Source: Pseudomonadota bacterium (GTDB taxonomy: Bacteria > Pseudomonadota > Gammaproteobacteria > Steroidobacterales > Steroidobacteraceae). From it: a DNA stretch of 64,000 bases. Shown one piece after another: positions 46,300 through 56,113 of the stretch (positions are counted from its first letter, which is position 1; the number at the start of each line of letters is the position of its first letter). A program made the translations under genes and the position numbers. Below the pieces are notes generated by a model. It searched no databases, was not told the origin of the DNA, and saw only the letters and a list, made by a program, of their open reading frames with translations. The stretch spans positions 19,503 through 83,502 of the forward strand of contig JBDTPN010000007.1 in NCBI GenBank assembly GCA_039932715.1, given 5' to 3'.

Positions 46300-46976
46300 A
46301 ACAGATTCCGCTGGGCGTGCGTTTGCAGGACCGCACTGTGTTCGGCAGCTTTGTTGCAGGCGACAACGCCCTCGCGCTGGCCGCCTTGCAGCGCATTGCC
46401 AGTGGCACCGAGCGCTGTGCATATCTTCATGGACCTGCCGGCAGCGGCAAATCGCATTTATTACAGGCGCTGTGCGCGGCCGTGCCGGGTAGTGCGTATT
46501 TCCCTTTGGCGCTGCTGCTGGCCAGTGGCCCAGATGTGCTTGAAGGCGCCGATCGGCTTGCCGCAGTGGCGTTGGACGAACTGCAGATGGTGGCCGGTGA
46601 CGCACAGTGGGAACGCCGGCTGTTCATCCTCTACAACGATTGCGATGCGCGCGGCACGCGGCTGGCAATTGCCGCGCAGCAGCCCGCCATAGCGTTGGGC
46701 GTGGCATTGCCGGACCTGCGCTCGCGGCTGGCATCCATGCCGTATTTCGCATTGCATCCGCTCAACGAATCCCAGCAGCGCGAGGCCCTGCAATTGCGCG
46801 CGGCACAAAGGGGACTCGAGCTGCCGGACGAAACTGTGCGTTACCTGCAGCGCAGATATGCGCGAGACATGTCGAGCATGCAGGCCCTGCTGGACAAACT
46901 CGATGCGGCGTCGCTTGCAGAGCAACGCCGCCTCACCGTGCCATTCATCCGCCAGGTGACCGGCGAGACATCTTGA
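46296..46976 (+). CDS. hda: DnaA regulatory inactivator Hda
   Basis: Start at ATG 46296 (ATGA overlap). MKQIPLGV N-terminal clamp-binding-like motif, Walker A GPAGSGKSHLL, and a DnaA domain III-like sequence of 226 aa. Confidence 0.85.
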   Translation: MKQIPLGVRLQDRTVFGSFVAGDNALALAALQRIASGTERCAYLHGPAGSGKSHLLQALCAAVPGSAYFPLALLLASGPDVLEGADRLAAVALDELQMVAGDAQWERRLFILYNDCDARGTRLAIAAQQPAIALGVALPDLRSRLASMPYFALHPLNESQQREALQLRAAQRGLELPDETVRYLQRRYARDMSSMQALLDKLDAASLAEQRRLTVPFIRQVTGETS

Positions 46977-47568
46977 GGTTCTGTGCGATGCGGGCCAGGC
47001 GCGCGCCCAGTACGCGGGCCAGGTGCGCCTCGTCTTGCGAAAGTTGGCCATCGCTGGCTACGGCAACCACATGCGAGGCGCCATACGGGCTCCCGCCGCT
47101 GCGGGTGGTGGAAAGCGCGTTTTCTGTATAAGGCAGGCCCATCACAATCATGCCCTGGTGCAGCAGCGGCAGGAGCATGGAAAGCAGCGTGCTTTCCTGG
47201 CCGCCGTGCATGGACTGCGTTGACGTGAACACCACCGCGGGTTTGTCCACCAATGCACCCTGTACCCACAGGGCAGAACCCTGGTCGATGTAGTGTTTCA
47301 TCGGCGCGGCCATGTTGCCAAAGCGGGTGGGGCTGCCCAATGCAAGTCCGTCGGTGTCACGCAGGTCCTCGATGGTGGCAAAGGGCGCGCCGGAGTCGGG
47401 AACATTGGTAACCGGTCGTTCACTTTCGGCACTGACCGCGGGTACGGTGCGCAGGCGCGCGCGCGCGCCGGCAACGGATTCCACGCCGCGGCACACCTGG
47501 CGCGCCAGCTGGGCTGTCATGCCCGTGCGCGAGTAATAAAGCACCAGGATTTCCACCGGCGTGCTCAT
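46945..47568 (-). CDS. NAD(P)H:quinone oxidoreductase, WrbA/flavodoxin-like
   Basis: ILVLYYSRTGMTAQLARQV flavodoxin-like N-terminus, with GSPTRFGNMAAPMK as in WrbA. The 3' end overlaps the convergent hda by 32 nt. Confidence 0.8.
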   Translation of the reverse strand: MSTPVEILVLYYSRTGMTAQLARQVCRGVESVAGARARLRTVPAVSAESERPVTNVPDSGAPFATIEDLRDTDGLALGSPTRFGNMAAPMKHYIDQGSALWVQGALVDKPAVVFTSTQSMHGGQESTLLSMLLPLLHQGMIVMGLPYTENALSTTRSGGSPYGASHVVAVASDGQLSQDEAHLARVLGARLARIAQNLKMSRRSPGG

Positions 47569-48179
47569 CGGCTGGCACGCACGTCAAGGCCCAGGTCATC
47601 GGCGCCGTTCCAGTTGCGGGTCCAGCGGTTGACCACCTGGTCAGGATATTGGCGGCGGCCAACGCTGCCGTTGTAGCGCGCCAGGGCTTTGCGCACGTCG
47701 TTGTGTTCGCGCAGCAGGTAGAAACGCAGGATGGCGCAACCCATTCGCATGTTGGCGTCGATCTGCGTCAGCTGGTGACGCTTCATCCCCAGCTCACTGG
47801 GCCAGAAGGGCATCACCTGCATCAGGCCAACGGCGCCTGCCGATGATACAGCCCAGCGATCGAAACGACTTTCCACGTCGATGACGGCCATGACAAGCCC
47901 CGGGGGCAGGCGCTGCTGACCGGGGCGATGTGACTCGCAGAACACGTTCTTGAGTATCTGCATGCGTTCCGCCGAGTCGGGAACCAGCTTGTGCAGCTTG
48001 GGCTCCATCAGCGTGTACCAGACTGCGGACTCGAATTTATCGGGGAAGCAATCTGCCGCAGTGATCGCCGCGGAGACAATGCCCCTGAGTTCGGGGTCGC
48101 GCTGGGCATCGGCCCACGTTGGCAGCGCAATGGCCAGCGCCATTGCCGCAAGGCCCATGCGTGCCATGGCCCGCATCAT
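47565..48179 (-). CDS. Lytic transglycosylase (SLT domain) with signal peptide
   Basis: Start at ATG 48179 (MMRAMARMGLAAMALAIALPTWA). SLT catalytic motif VIDVESRFDRWAVSSAGAVGLMQV and YNGS. ATGA overlap with the downstream wrbA-like gene. Confidence 0.8.
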   Translation of the reverse strand: MMRAMARMGLAAMALAIALPTWADAQRDPELRGIVSAAITAADCFPDKFESAVWYTLMEPKLHKLVPDSAERMQILKNVFCESHRPGQQRLPPGLVMAVIDVESRFDRWAVSSAGAVGLMQVMPFWPSELGMKRHQLTQIDANMRMGCAILRFYLLREHNDVRKALARYNGSVGRRQYPDQVVNRWTRNWNGADDLGLDVRASR

Positions 48180-48198
48180 GGGTCGCGCTGCGCGGCGT

Positions 48199-49908
48199 TT
48201 ATCCCGCGATGCGATGACGCAGTTCTGCCAGTACGGCATCAGCGGCCAACTCCCCGGTCTCGCCCGTGCGTCGATTGCGGTATTCCAGCTTGCCAGCGGC
48301 AACGCCCCGGTCACCAATCACCACGCAGTGGGGGATGCCCAGCAATTCCGCATCGGCAAACTTTACACCCGGCCGGGCATCGCGGTCGTCATACAGCACG
48401 TCAATGCCGGCTTTCTCCAGTTCTGCGTACAAAGTGTCTGCAGTCTGGCGCACGGCTTCAGAACGATCGTGATTGAGGGTCAGCAGCATGACAGTGAAGG
48501 GCGCAATGGGCTCCGGCCAGCAAATACCCTTTTCATCATGGTTCTGTTCAATGGCCGCCGCCACGATGCGCGTCACACCGATTCCATAGCAGCCCATGAA
48601 TGGAGCCAGGTTCTGGCCGGAAGGGTCGAGCACGGTGGCCTTCATGGCGTCGCTGTACTTGCGCCCCAGCTGGAAAATGTGGCCCACCTCGATGCCGCGA
48701 CGAATGGTCAACGTGCCTGATCCAGCCGGGCTGGGATCCCCATTTACCACGTTTCGCAGGTCGGCTACCTGTGGCTCGGAAAGATCGCGTGCCCAGTTGA
48801 CGCCGGTCAAGTGCAGGTCTTTTTCGTTGGCGCCGCAGACAAAATCTGCCAATGCCGCTGCCGCATGGTCGACCATGACGGGGATCTTCAACCCCACCGG
48901 CCCGATGAAACCTGGCGCCACGCCCGTAGCCTCGATGATGCGTGCGGGGCTTGCCATGCGCAGAGGTGACGCAATGCCATCAAGCTTCTGCGCTTTCACG
49001 GCGTTGAGTTCGTGATCGCCGCGCAACACCAGGGCCACGACATTTCCTGCGCTGCCGTCGACCACCAGAGTCTTGACGCACTGGGCAGCGGCAACGTTGA
49101 GCATAGAACTGACCTGGGCAATGCTGCGCGCGGCCGGCGTGGCGACTGGGGTCAAAGCCTGCTGTGCAGGCGCGCGCACTCCGGACCAAGCTGGCGCAGG
49201 CGCCAGTTCCACGTTGGCCGCGTAGTCGCCGCTGCTGGACACGGCAATGGCGTCCTCGCCTGAATCCGCCAGCACCTGGAATTCCTCGGAGGCATTGCCA
49301 CCTATGGCGCCGGTGTCGGCACGTACGGCACAGAAGCTGAGTCCCATGCGTTCGAACATGCGCGAATAGGCGACCTTCATGGTCTCGTAACCTTGGGCCA
49401 GCGATGCTTCATCGATGTGGAAGGAATAAGCATCTTTCATGATGAATTCGCGACCGCGCATCACGCCGAAGCGCGGCCGGATCTCATCCCTGAACTTGGT
49501 CTGGATCTGGTAGAAATTGACTGGCAGCTGGCGATAGCTCTTGAGGTCGCGGCGCGCGATGTCGGTGATCACCTCTTCGTGCGTGGGGCCGATCACGAAT
49601 TCGCGGGCGTGGCGGTCCTTGAGGCGCAGCAGTTCCGGGCCGTATTGTTCCCAGCGACCTGACTCCTGCCAAAGCTCTGCCGGTTGGACGGCTGGCATCA
49701 GCAGTTCCAACGCCCCGGCGCGGTCCATTTCCTCGCGGATGATGCGTTCCACCTTGCGCAGGGTGCGCAGGCCCATGGGCAGGAAGGTGTAGATGCCGGC
49801 CGCGAGGCGGCGGATCAGGCCCGCGCGCAGCATGAGCTGGTGACTGATGACTTCCGCTTCGGCTGGGGTTTCCTTGGCGGTATTGATGGGATATCGGGAC
49901 AGGCGCAT
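48199..49908 (-). CDS. proS: Proline--tRNA ligase (bacterial type with INS editing domain)
   Basis: Start at ATG 49908 ([30 protein letters not shown]). Class II motifs [10 protein letters not shown] and GCYGIGVTR, plus a C-terminal anticodon-binding domain. Confidence 0.95.
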   Translation of the reverse strand: MRLSRYPINTAKETPAEAEVISHQLMLRAGLIRRLAAGIYTFLPMGLRTLRKVERIIREEMDRAGALELLMPAVQPAELWQESGRWEQYGPELLRLKDRHAREFVIGPTHEEVITDIARRDLKSYRQLPVNFYQIQTKFRDEIRPRFGVMRGREFIMKDAYSFHIDEASLAQGYETMKVAYSRMFERMGLSFCAVRADTGAIGGNASEEFQVLADSGEDAIAVSSSGDYAANVELAPAPAWSGVRAPAQQALTPVATPAARSIAQVSSMLNVAAAQCVKTLVVDGSAGNVVALVLRGDHELNAVKAQKLDGIASPLRMASPARIIEATGVAPGFIGPVGLKIPVMVDHAAAALADFVCGANEKDLHLTGVNWARDLSEPQVADLRNVVNGDPSPAGSGTLTIRRGIEVGHIFQLGRKYSDAMKATVLDPSGQNLAPFMGCYGIGVTRIVAAAIEQNHDEKGICWPEPIAPFTVMLLTLNHDRSEAVRQTADTLYAELEKAGIDVLYDDRDARPGVKFADAELLGIPHCVVIGDRGVAAGKLEYRNRRTGETGELAADAVLAELRHRIAG

Positions 49909-49971
49909 GGCGCAAATTCTAGCAGTACGGCCCGCGAACTGCCCCGCATCGTCTATCATCGCCGGTCAATC

Positions 49972-50754
49972 ATGGAACATGAACCAGAAACAACACGACC
50001 GCGCAGCCGCAGCATCTACCTGCTGCCCAACCTGCTGACTACCGGATGCCTGTTCTCAGGCTTCTACGCCATTGTCGCCGCCATAGACGGAAACTTCGAA
50101 CGCGCTGGCTTTGCGATATTCGCCGCCATGCTGTTCGACACACTGGATGGCCGCGTTGCGCGCATGACGCGCACCGAGAGTGCCTTCGGCAAGGAATACG
50201 ACAGCCTCGCCGACATGGTGTCATTCGGAGTCGCGCCTGCCATCGTGGCTTACCAATGGGGCGTGGCGCGACTGTTTGAATATGGCGCCGAATGGGGACG
50301 AGCCGGATGGTTGGCCGCGTTCTTCTATGCCACCTGCGCGGCGCTGCGCCTGGCGCGCTTCAACACGCGCTCGTCCCAGGACAAGCGATTCTTCGAAGGC
50401 CTGCCCAGCCCTTCGGCGGCGGCTATAGTCTCCGCGTTCATCTGGTCGTCCAGCGAGTGGCGCGAGCCTGGCCTTCCCGGTCTGCTGATGGCGCTGCTGG
50501 TTACCGCTTCGGCTGGCGCGCTGATGGTCAGCCGCTTCGGCTACAACAGTTTCAAGCAGATGAACATGGAAGGTCCGGTCAAATTTGCCACCTTCATCCT
50601 GGTTCCCCTGGGCTTCGTGTTGATTGCCATTTATCCGCCGATCAGCCTGATGGTGATATTTGGTGGCTATGCGCTGTCCGGTCCCTTGCTGTGGCTGTAT
50701 CGCCGTTCAAGCCGGGGCCAGCGACGTGTGCCCCCGCGGGGCACGCAGGAGTAA
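49972..50754 (+). CDS. pssA: CDP-diacylglycerol--serine O-phosphatidyltransferase (CDP-alcohol type)
   Basis: Start at ATG 49972. IYLLPNLLTTGCLFSGFYAI and DTLDGRVARMTRTESAFGKEYDSLADM match the PssA type II signature. Confidence 0.85.
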   Translation: MEHEPETTRPRSRSIYLLPNLLTTGCLFSGFYAIVAAIDGNFERAGFAIFAAMLFDTLDGRVARMTRTESAFGKEYDSLADMVSFGVAPAIVAYQWGVARLFEYGAEWGRAGWLAAFFYATCAALRLARFNTRSSQDKRFFEGLPSPSAAAIVSAFIWSSSEWREPGLPGLLMALLVTASAGALMVSRFGYNSFKQMNMEGPVKFATFILVPLGFVLIAIYPPISLMVIFGGYALSGPLLWLYRRSSRGQRRVPPRGTQE

Positions 50755-50757
50755 GCC

Positions 50758-51399
50758 ATGAGCCGGCGCTCGTCGTACCTGCAGGCCATGGGGCTTGAAG
50801 ACTGGCGACTGCGTGAGCCGCCCATGCCTGCAGTGAGCGGTGAGCAATGGCACACCATCGAAGAGGAAGTCGCCGGTTGTGTGCGCTGCCCACTGCATGA
50901 GTGCCGCACGCGCACGGTGTTTGGTGTGGGCGATCGCAGCGCCGGATGGCTGGTGGTGGGCGAAGCGCCCGGGGCCGAAGAAGACCGGCAGGGCCTGCCC
51001 TTCGTGGGACGGGCCGGGGGACTGCTCAATTCGATGCTGCGTGGCATCGGCCTGGCACGTGAACAGGTGTTCATTGCCAATGTGCTCAAGTGCCGGCCGC
51101 CCAACAATCGTGACCCGAAGCCCGAGGAAGTGGCGCAGTGCCTGCCATACCTGCAGCGCCAGATCGCGCTGCTGCAGCCGCGCATCATGCTGGCCGTGGG
51201 GCGAATTGCGGCACAGAACCTGCTGGCGACGGATACGCCCATCGGAAAACTGCGCGGCAGTGTCCATGCCTTCGGCGCCGAGCGCACACCGCTGGTTGTG
51301 ACGTATCACCCAGCATACCTGCTGCGGTCACCCACGGAAAAGCGCAAGGCCTGGGAAGACCTCAAGTTCGCGCGACGCGTGTTCAATGGCACAGCCTGA
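50758..51399 (+). CDS. Uracil-DNA glycosylase, family 4
   Basis: CVRCPL...R..VFG.G, GEAPGAEEDRQGLPFVGRAGGLL, and HPAYLLR C-terminal motifs typical of family 4 UDG. Confidence 0.85.
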   Translation: MSRRSSYLQAMGLEDWRLREPPMPAVSGEQWHTIEEEVAGCVRCPLHECRTRTVFGVGDRSAGWLVVGEAPGAEEDRQGLPFVGRAGGLLNSMLRGIGLAREQVFIANVLKCRPPNNRDPKPEEVAQCLPYLQRQIALLQPRIMLAVGRIAAQNLLATDTPIGKLRGSVHAFGAERTPLVVTYHPAYLLRSPTEKRKAWEDLKFARRVFNGTA

Positions 51400-51871
51400 T
51401 GTAAGCCTGCTGCCGCAGATCCTGATCCGCGACATGGGTCCGGAGGATGTCGCGGCCGTGCTGCAGGTGGAGCAGCAGTCCTATCCCTTTCCCTGGTCTG
51501 AGGGAATATTCCGTGACTGCCTGCGGGTGGGTTACTACGGCTGTGTTGCCGAGCTGCAGCACATTCTCATCGGCTATGCCGTGCTGAGCACGGGCGCCGG
51601 CGAAGCGCATGTGCTCAACCTCTGCGTTGCAGATCCCTATCGATGCCGCGGTCTCGGGGGAGCGTTGCTCGAACACCTGCTTGAATTTGCCAAGGGTCTG
51701 GACGTAGCCGAAGTGTTCCTCGAAGTGCGTCCTTCAAACCCCGCCGCGATCCGCCTCTACCAGGCACACGGTTTCAGCCAGATCGGCATACGCCCGGGGT
51801 ACTACCAGGCCGCGGGTGGTCGCGAAGACGCAGTGGTGCTGCGCCGAACGCTGGGAAAGCGCCGCCGCTAG
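51386..51871 (+). CDS. rimI: Ribosomal-protein-alanine N-acetyltransferase
   Basis: GNAT fold with the acetyl-CoA motif RCRGLGGALLEHLL and FLEVRPSNPAAIRLYQAHGF. Overlaps the UDG gene by 14 nt. Confidence 0.85.
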   Translation: MAQPDVSLLPQILIRDMGPEDVAAVLQVEQQSYPFPWSEGIFRDCLRVGYYGCVAELQHILIGYAVLSTGAGEAHVLNLCVADPYRCRGLGGALLEHLLEFAKGLDVAEVFLEVRPSNPAAIRLYQAHGFSQIGIRPGYYQAAGGREDAVVLRRTLGKRRR

Positions 51872-51887
51872 GTGTGGCGGACCCGTT

Positions 51888-52352
51888 TTATTGGGGCTTT
51901 GCCGGCTCCGGCTTTGCAGGTTCCGGTTCGTGGATCTGTGTCACGCCGGTAAACAAGGCGCTGCCGTCGGCCAGCTTGATGGACCGTGCGTACGCGATAG
52001 TGGGGAAGTTTCTTGCGCGCGCGCCGTTGACCGTGACGTGGTCGCCGGGTTTGAGCGAATCGCGTTTCCATCCGCGGCGCATCAGTGTGTTGGGGCTGGG
52101 CAATTCAAAATTCCAGTTTTCGGTCTTGCCCTGGGCATTGACTACATCGACATAGAGCCTGGCATGCGGGCTCTTCCATTCCAGAACAGTGACCTTGCCC
52201 TCGACATCCACGTTCATCTTGAAGTCGAATTCCGACTGCGAGTGATGCGCCCACGCCTCCGGCGCTCGCGCCAGCGCCAGCGCCAGGGTAATGCCGGCAA
52301 CAAACAGCAGGCGCGAAAACACAGTTGGCATATTGCGGTTACCTCGGCTCAC
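51888..52352 (-). CDS. Secreted small beta-rich protein, DUF6152-like
   Basis: Signal peptide (FVAGITLALALARA) followed directly by AHHSQSEFD...VTVLEWKSPHARLYVDV...WNFELPSPNTLMRRGW...LKPGDHVTV, the pattern I associate with DUF6152. GTG 52352 overlaps the upstream stop. An alternative ATG is at 52331. Confidence 0.6.
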   Translation of the reverse strand: MSRGNRNMPTVFSRLLFVAGITLALALARAPEAWAHHSQSEFDFKMNVDVEGKVTVLEWKSPHARLYVDVVNAQGKTENWNFELPSPNTLMRRGWKRDSLKPGDHVTVNGARARNFPTIAYARSIKLADGSALFTGVTQIHEPEPAKPEPAKPQ

Positions 52353-53203
52353 TTGTAGAGCTTCACGTCCTGCTCATCGTCTAGGCAGATCTCCTCGAGC
52401 ATCTGCGTGTCCACCTGTATGGCCATCTCCACGGTGACCGACCAGGGACGGGTGTAGGCCTTGGGATCATTCACCGCGATCTCCACCTGCATGACGCCGA
52501 AGTTGAGGCGCTTGAGGCGCTCGGTGACACGCGCTGATTCGGTCACGGGGCTACCCTGAATATCGAGCCACATGTCGTCGCGGATCCCATTGGTCTCGAT
52601 CACCAGCGTGTCTGCGTCCCAGTGTCCAGTGGAGTAACCATTCCACGTCGGATTGGGGTTTTCCGGCAGCGGCCGGCCGTCGAGGTAAACCTCACGATAG
52701 GCAGCATTGAACTCGTGCAGCATCACCAGTTCACCGGGCGTCTGCACCAGTCTGATGTACTGCGGCAGTGTCCAGGCGCGCGGGAAATTCGGCGGCTTGC
52801 AATAGGTATGCGGATCTTCCCTGCCGTGATTTGCGCGCCGCGCAACCATCTGCTGCTTTGACCATTCGGTGTAGGGCAGGCCGTCCTTGAGCTTGATGCC
52901 CAGGTTGATCTGTTCGCGCGCCATGCGTTCTTCCTGGATGCAGTCCTGCCCCTTGCAGGCATCCTTCGATGGCACATTGGCAAACCACATGCCGGACAAA
53001 TCCGGCTTGCCGTCAGGCGTGCGCGGCGTCGCGGCCTTGAGATCCGGCGCACCGTCGCCAGTGCGCGGTATGCCGGGCGTGGGATAACCCAGCCATTGCG
53101 CCGGGGCCAGCAGGGGAGTTGCAGTCAGCATGACCAGTGCCAGCACGCACCAGGCGGTCCGCAAGGACTTTCGGTGGCAAAAAATGCAGCAGATGGTTGC
53201 CAT
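52349..53203 (-). CDS. Secreted protein of unknown function
   Basis: Start at ATG 53203. A hydrophobic signal-like segment (WCVLALVMLTATPLLAPA) is followed by a coherent GC3-rich coding frame of 284 aa. I recognise no family. It is coupled (GTGA) to the DUF6152-like gene. Confidence 0.6.
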   Translation of the reverse strand: MATICCIFCHRKSLRTAWCVLALVMLTATPLLAPAQWLGYPTPGIPRTGDGAPDLKAATPRTPDGKPDLSGMWFANVPSKDACKGQDCIQEERMAREQINLGIKLKDGLPYTEWSKQQMVARRANHGREDPHTYCKPPNFPRAWTLPQYIRLVQTPGELVMLHEFNAAYREVYLDGRPLPENPNPTWNGYSTGHWDADTLVIETNGIRDDMWLDIQGSPVTESARVTERLKRLNFGVMQVEIAVNDPKAYTRPWSVTVEMAIQVDTQMLEEICLDDEQDVKLYK

Positions 53204-53233
53204 GGTCGGTCGGGAGCATAGCAAAATAGGGCC

Positions 53234-53680
53234 ATGAATCGGCTCATCCTGCTGTTGCTCACCATGCCAATGGCCGCAGTCGCGGCGGACGACTTCAAGG
53301 TCGCGCAGCTTGAACAGGACGTTCGAGAGTTGCAGCGGCAGGTGCAGGCGCAGTCCCAGGAAATTGCACAGCTGCGAATGCAATTGAGCCGGCCCGCCGC
53401 TGCGCCAGGGGCAGCTGCCCCTGCGCTTCCTCGCGCGCCACCGGGTGTTGCGCCACCGGGCGCCATCTGGGTCGATGCGTCAAAGTGGCAGCAGGTAAAA
53501 CCGGGGATGAGTGAACTGGAAGTCGTCAGCCTGCTGGGGCCGCCGGTGTCGATGCGTGAAAAGGATGGAGAGCGGGTGCTGATGTACGCGATGGAAATCG
53601 GTGTGTCAGGATTCCTCAGCGGCAGCGTGACGCTGCATGATCGCGTGGTGTTGAGATTGCAAAAGCCCGAGCTTCGCTAA
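53234..53680 (+). CDS. Secreted coiled-coil protein with BamE/SmpA-OmlA-like C-terminal domain
   Basis: Signal peptide MNRLILLLLTMPMAAVA, heptad-like LEQDVRELQRQVQAQSQEIAQLR, a Pro/Ala linker, then KWQQVKPGMSELEVVSLLGPP, which resembles the BamE-fold motif. Confidence 0.55.
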   Translation: MNRLILLLLTMPMAAVAADDFKVAQLEQDVRELQRQVQAQSQEIAQLRMQLSRPAAAPGAAAPALPRAPPGVAPPGAIWVDASKWQQVKPGMSELEVVSLLGPPVSMREKDGERVLMYAMEIGVSGFLSGSVTLHDRVVLRLQKPELR

Positions 53681-54387
53681 CGCGGCAGCGGGCCTGCGCC
53701 CAGCGCGACGCGCTCGATCAGCGCCAGCGCCGCGGCCGGATTGCGCTTCTTGCAGCCGCTGATGACGTAGAGAAATACTTCGCGGCCGTCCCCTGCCCAC
53801 TTGCTGGCCCGAGCGGCCCAGGCATCCAGATCGCGACTGGAATATCCGTTTTTCAATTTCGCAGTGGTGCCCATGATGCGCACGTACACGAAGGGTGCGG
53901 TGTCCTGTGTGATTTGCGGAAATCTTGAATCCCCGGCAACCACGATAGCGACGCCATGGCGTCGCGCCAGCGCAGGAAATTCCGGCGTGTCGAAGCTGGG
54001 GTGGCGCACTTCGATGGCATGACGGATGGCGCGGCCTGCGATCTTCCTGGGCAACAACGCCAAAAAGTCCGCCAGATCCCCGGCGTCGAATTTCTTCTCC
54101 GGCCCCAGCTGCCAGTTGATGGGCCCCAGCTTCTCCTGCAGCAACAGCACGCCACTGGCGAAGAATCGCTCGATGGAATCGCCCGCCTCAGCCAGTACGC
54201 GTCGGTGGGTGGCAAACATAGGGCCTTTGACCGAAAACGTGAAGTCGTCGGGTGTCGCGGCATACCACTTCGTGAAACTGGCCGGTTTCTGCGAACCATA
54301 GAACGTGCTGTTGATTTCGATGGAAGTGAGCTTGCGGCTGGCGTATTCCAGCTCGCTTTTCTGCACCAGGCCCTTTGGATAAAACAC
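53677..54387 (-). CDS. DUF72 (UPF0759, YecE-like) protein, second paralogue; the conserved N-terminus extends upstream of the first canonical start
   Basis: IEINSTFYG, FTFSVKGP and the rest are collinear with DUF72. GTG 54387 is the first canonical start, yet the in-frame codons 54432-54388 encode [15 protein letters not shown], the family N-terminal motif. Confidence 0.85.
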   Translation of the reverse strand: MFYPKGLVQKSELEYASRKLTSIEINSTFYGSQKPASFTKWYAATPDDFTFSVKGPMFATHRRVLAEAGDSIERFFASGVLLLQEKLGPINWQLGPEKKFDAGDLADFLALLPRKIAGRAIRHAIEVRHPSFDTPEFPALARRHGVAIVVAGDSRFPQITQDTAPFVYVRIMGTTAKLKNGYSSRDLDAWAARASKWAGDGREVFLYVISGCKKRNPAAALALIERVALGAGPLPR

Positions 54388-54523
54388 ACCGCGCCAGGGC
54401 TTGTAGTTCCAGCCACCTATGCCGATGCGGATGTTGCCAGTGCGGGAGATTTTGGCTTTGCGGGGAATGGTTCGCGCTCACTGCATTCGGGTTATGATGG
54501 CTGTCACGTCGAGGGTAAGTTTG

Positions 54524-56113
54524 ATGTCCAGTTTCGGTTTTTCCGCGGATGCAGGCAAGAGAAGAACCTTCGCCATCATCTCGCACCCGGACGCCGGCAA
54601 AACCACCCTGACCGAAAAGCTGCTGCTGTTCGGTGGTGCTATACAGCTGGCGGGTACGGTCAAGGGCCGCAAGGCCGCGCGGCACGCAACTTCCGACTGG
54701 ATGCGCCTGGAACAGCAGCGCGGAATTTCCGTTACTTCATCGGTGATGCAGTTCCCCTTCGACGGTTGCATAGTCAACCTGCTGGACACACCCGGTCACG
54801 AGGATTTTTCGGAAGACACCTATCGAACATTGACCGCGGTGGATTCGGCGTTGATGGTCATCGACTGCGCCAAGGGCGTGGAGGAGCGCACCATTCGCCT
54901 GATGGAAGTGTGCCGGCTGCGCGCCACGCCCATCATGACGTTCATCAACAAGCTGGACCGCGACGGGCGCGCGCCGCTGGATCTGCTGGATGAAATCGAG
55001 CGGGTGCTGGGCCTGGCCGTGGCGCCGGTGACCTGGCCCATTGGCATGGGTCGCGACCTCAAGGGCACATACCACCTGTCGGAAGACAGGATTTACGTCT
55101 ACGAGGCCGGTGAGCGTGGACGCGTGGGTGAAAACCGCGTCATCGAAGGCCTGCACAGTGTTGAGGCGCGCGAATTCCTGGGTGAACGGGCGGCGGCATT
55201 CGACGAGGAAGTGGAGTTGGTGCGCGGTGCTGCCACCCGCTTCGATCCGGTGGCATACCTGGCTGGCAAGCAGACGCCGGTGTTCTTCGGTTCGGCAATC
55301 AGCAATTTCGGCGTGGAGGAGTTGCTGCGCGCGTTCACGCGGCATGCACCGCCGCCGCTGCCACGCGTGGCGCGCCAGCGTGAAGTCACGCCCGACGAAC
55401 TTAAACTCTCGGGATTCGTTTTCAAGATCCAGGCCAACATGGATCCGGGTCATCGCGATCGCATCGCGTTCCTGCGCGTGTGCTCGGGACGATACTCCCC
55501 GGGCATGCGCATGTATCACGTGCGCATGCAGAAGGAAGTGCGGGTTGCCGACGCATTGACGTTCATGGCCGGCGATCGATCGGCGGCGGGCGAGGCTTTC
55601 GCCGGCGATATCATCGGGCTGCACAACCACGGGACCATCAACATCGGCGATACCTTCACTGAAGGTGAACGGCTGGTGTTCACTGGCATCCCCAATTTTG
55701 CTCCGGAAATGTTTCGTCGTGCGGTGCTCAAGGATCCGCTCAAGATGAAGGCCCTGGCCAAGGGGCTGGCGCAACTGTGCGAGGAGGGGGCGACCCAGTT
55801 GTTCCGCCCGGTGCGCAACAATGAGTTGATACTGGGCGCGGTGGGCCAGTTGCAGTTCGAGGTGGTGGCGTTTCGCCTGCAGGACGAATACAGCGTGCAG
55901 TGTGCATTTGAGCCCATCGGCGTGCATACCGCGCGCTGGGTCACCGGGGATGAGCGCAAGCTGGCGGAATTCCGCACCAAGGCGCACGACAACCTTGCTG
56001 TGGACCACTCCGGCGCGTTGGTCTACCTGGCGCCGTCGCGCGTCAACCTTGGGCTCACGCTGGAGCGATGGCCAGACCTGCGCTTCAGCGAAACGCGCGA
56101 AAGCCAGCAATGA
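54524..56113 (+). CDS. prfC: Peptide chain release factor 3
   Basis: Start at ATG 54524 gives 529 aa, the same as E. coli Prf[39 protein letters not shown] and NKLD GTPase motifs. Confidence 0.95.
   Translation: MSSFGFSADAGKRRTFAIISHPDAGKTTLTEKLLLFGGAIQLAGTVKGRKAARHATSDWMRLEQQRGISVTSSVMQFPFDGCIVNLLDTPGHEDFSEDTYRTLTAVDSALMVIDCAKGVEERTIRLMEVCRLRATPIMTFINKLDRDGRAPLDLLDEIERVLGLAVAPVTWPIGMGRDLKGTYHLSEDRIYVYEAGERGRVGENRVIEGLHSVEAREFLGERAAAFDEEVELVRGAATRFDPVAYLAGKQTPVFFGSAISNFGVEELLRAFTRHAPPPLPRVARQREVTPDELKLSGFVFKIQANMDPGHRDRIAFLRVCSGRYSPGMRMYHVRMQKEVRVADALTFMAGDRSAAGEAFAGDIIGLHNHGTINIGDTFTEGERLVFTGIPNFAPEMFRRAVLKDPLKMKALAKGLAQLCEEGATQLFRPVRNNELILGAVGQLQFEVVAFRLQDEYSVQCAFEPIGVHTARWVTGDERKLAEFRTKAHDNLAVDHSGALVYLAPSRVNLGLTLERWPDLRFSETRESQQ

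Noticed and set aside
53174-53188. CXXCH (CIFCH) motif at the N-terminus of the 284-aa secreted protein, considered as a haem-c site
   Set aside because: It lies at residues 6-10, in the cytoplasmic n-region ahead of the hydrophobic signal core. It would not be exported in mature form, so this is most likely coincidence.
54737-56110. 457-aa ORF antisense to prfC
   Set aside because: prfC on the plus strand is collinear with E. coli PrfC over its full length. The antisense product is Arg/His/Ala-rich noise.
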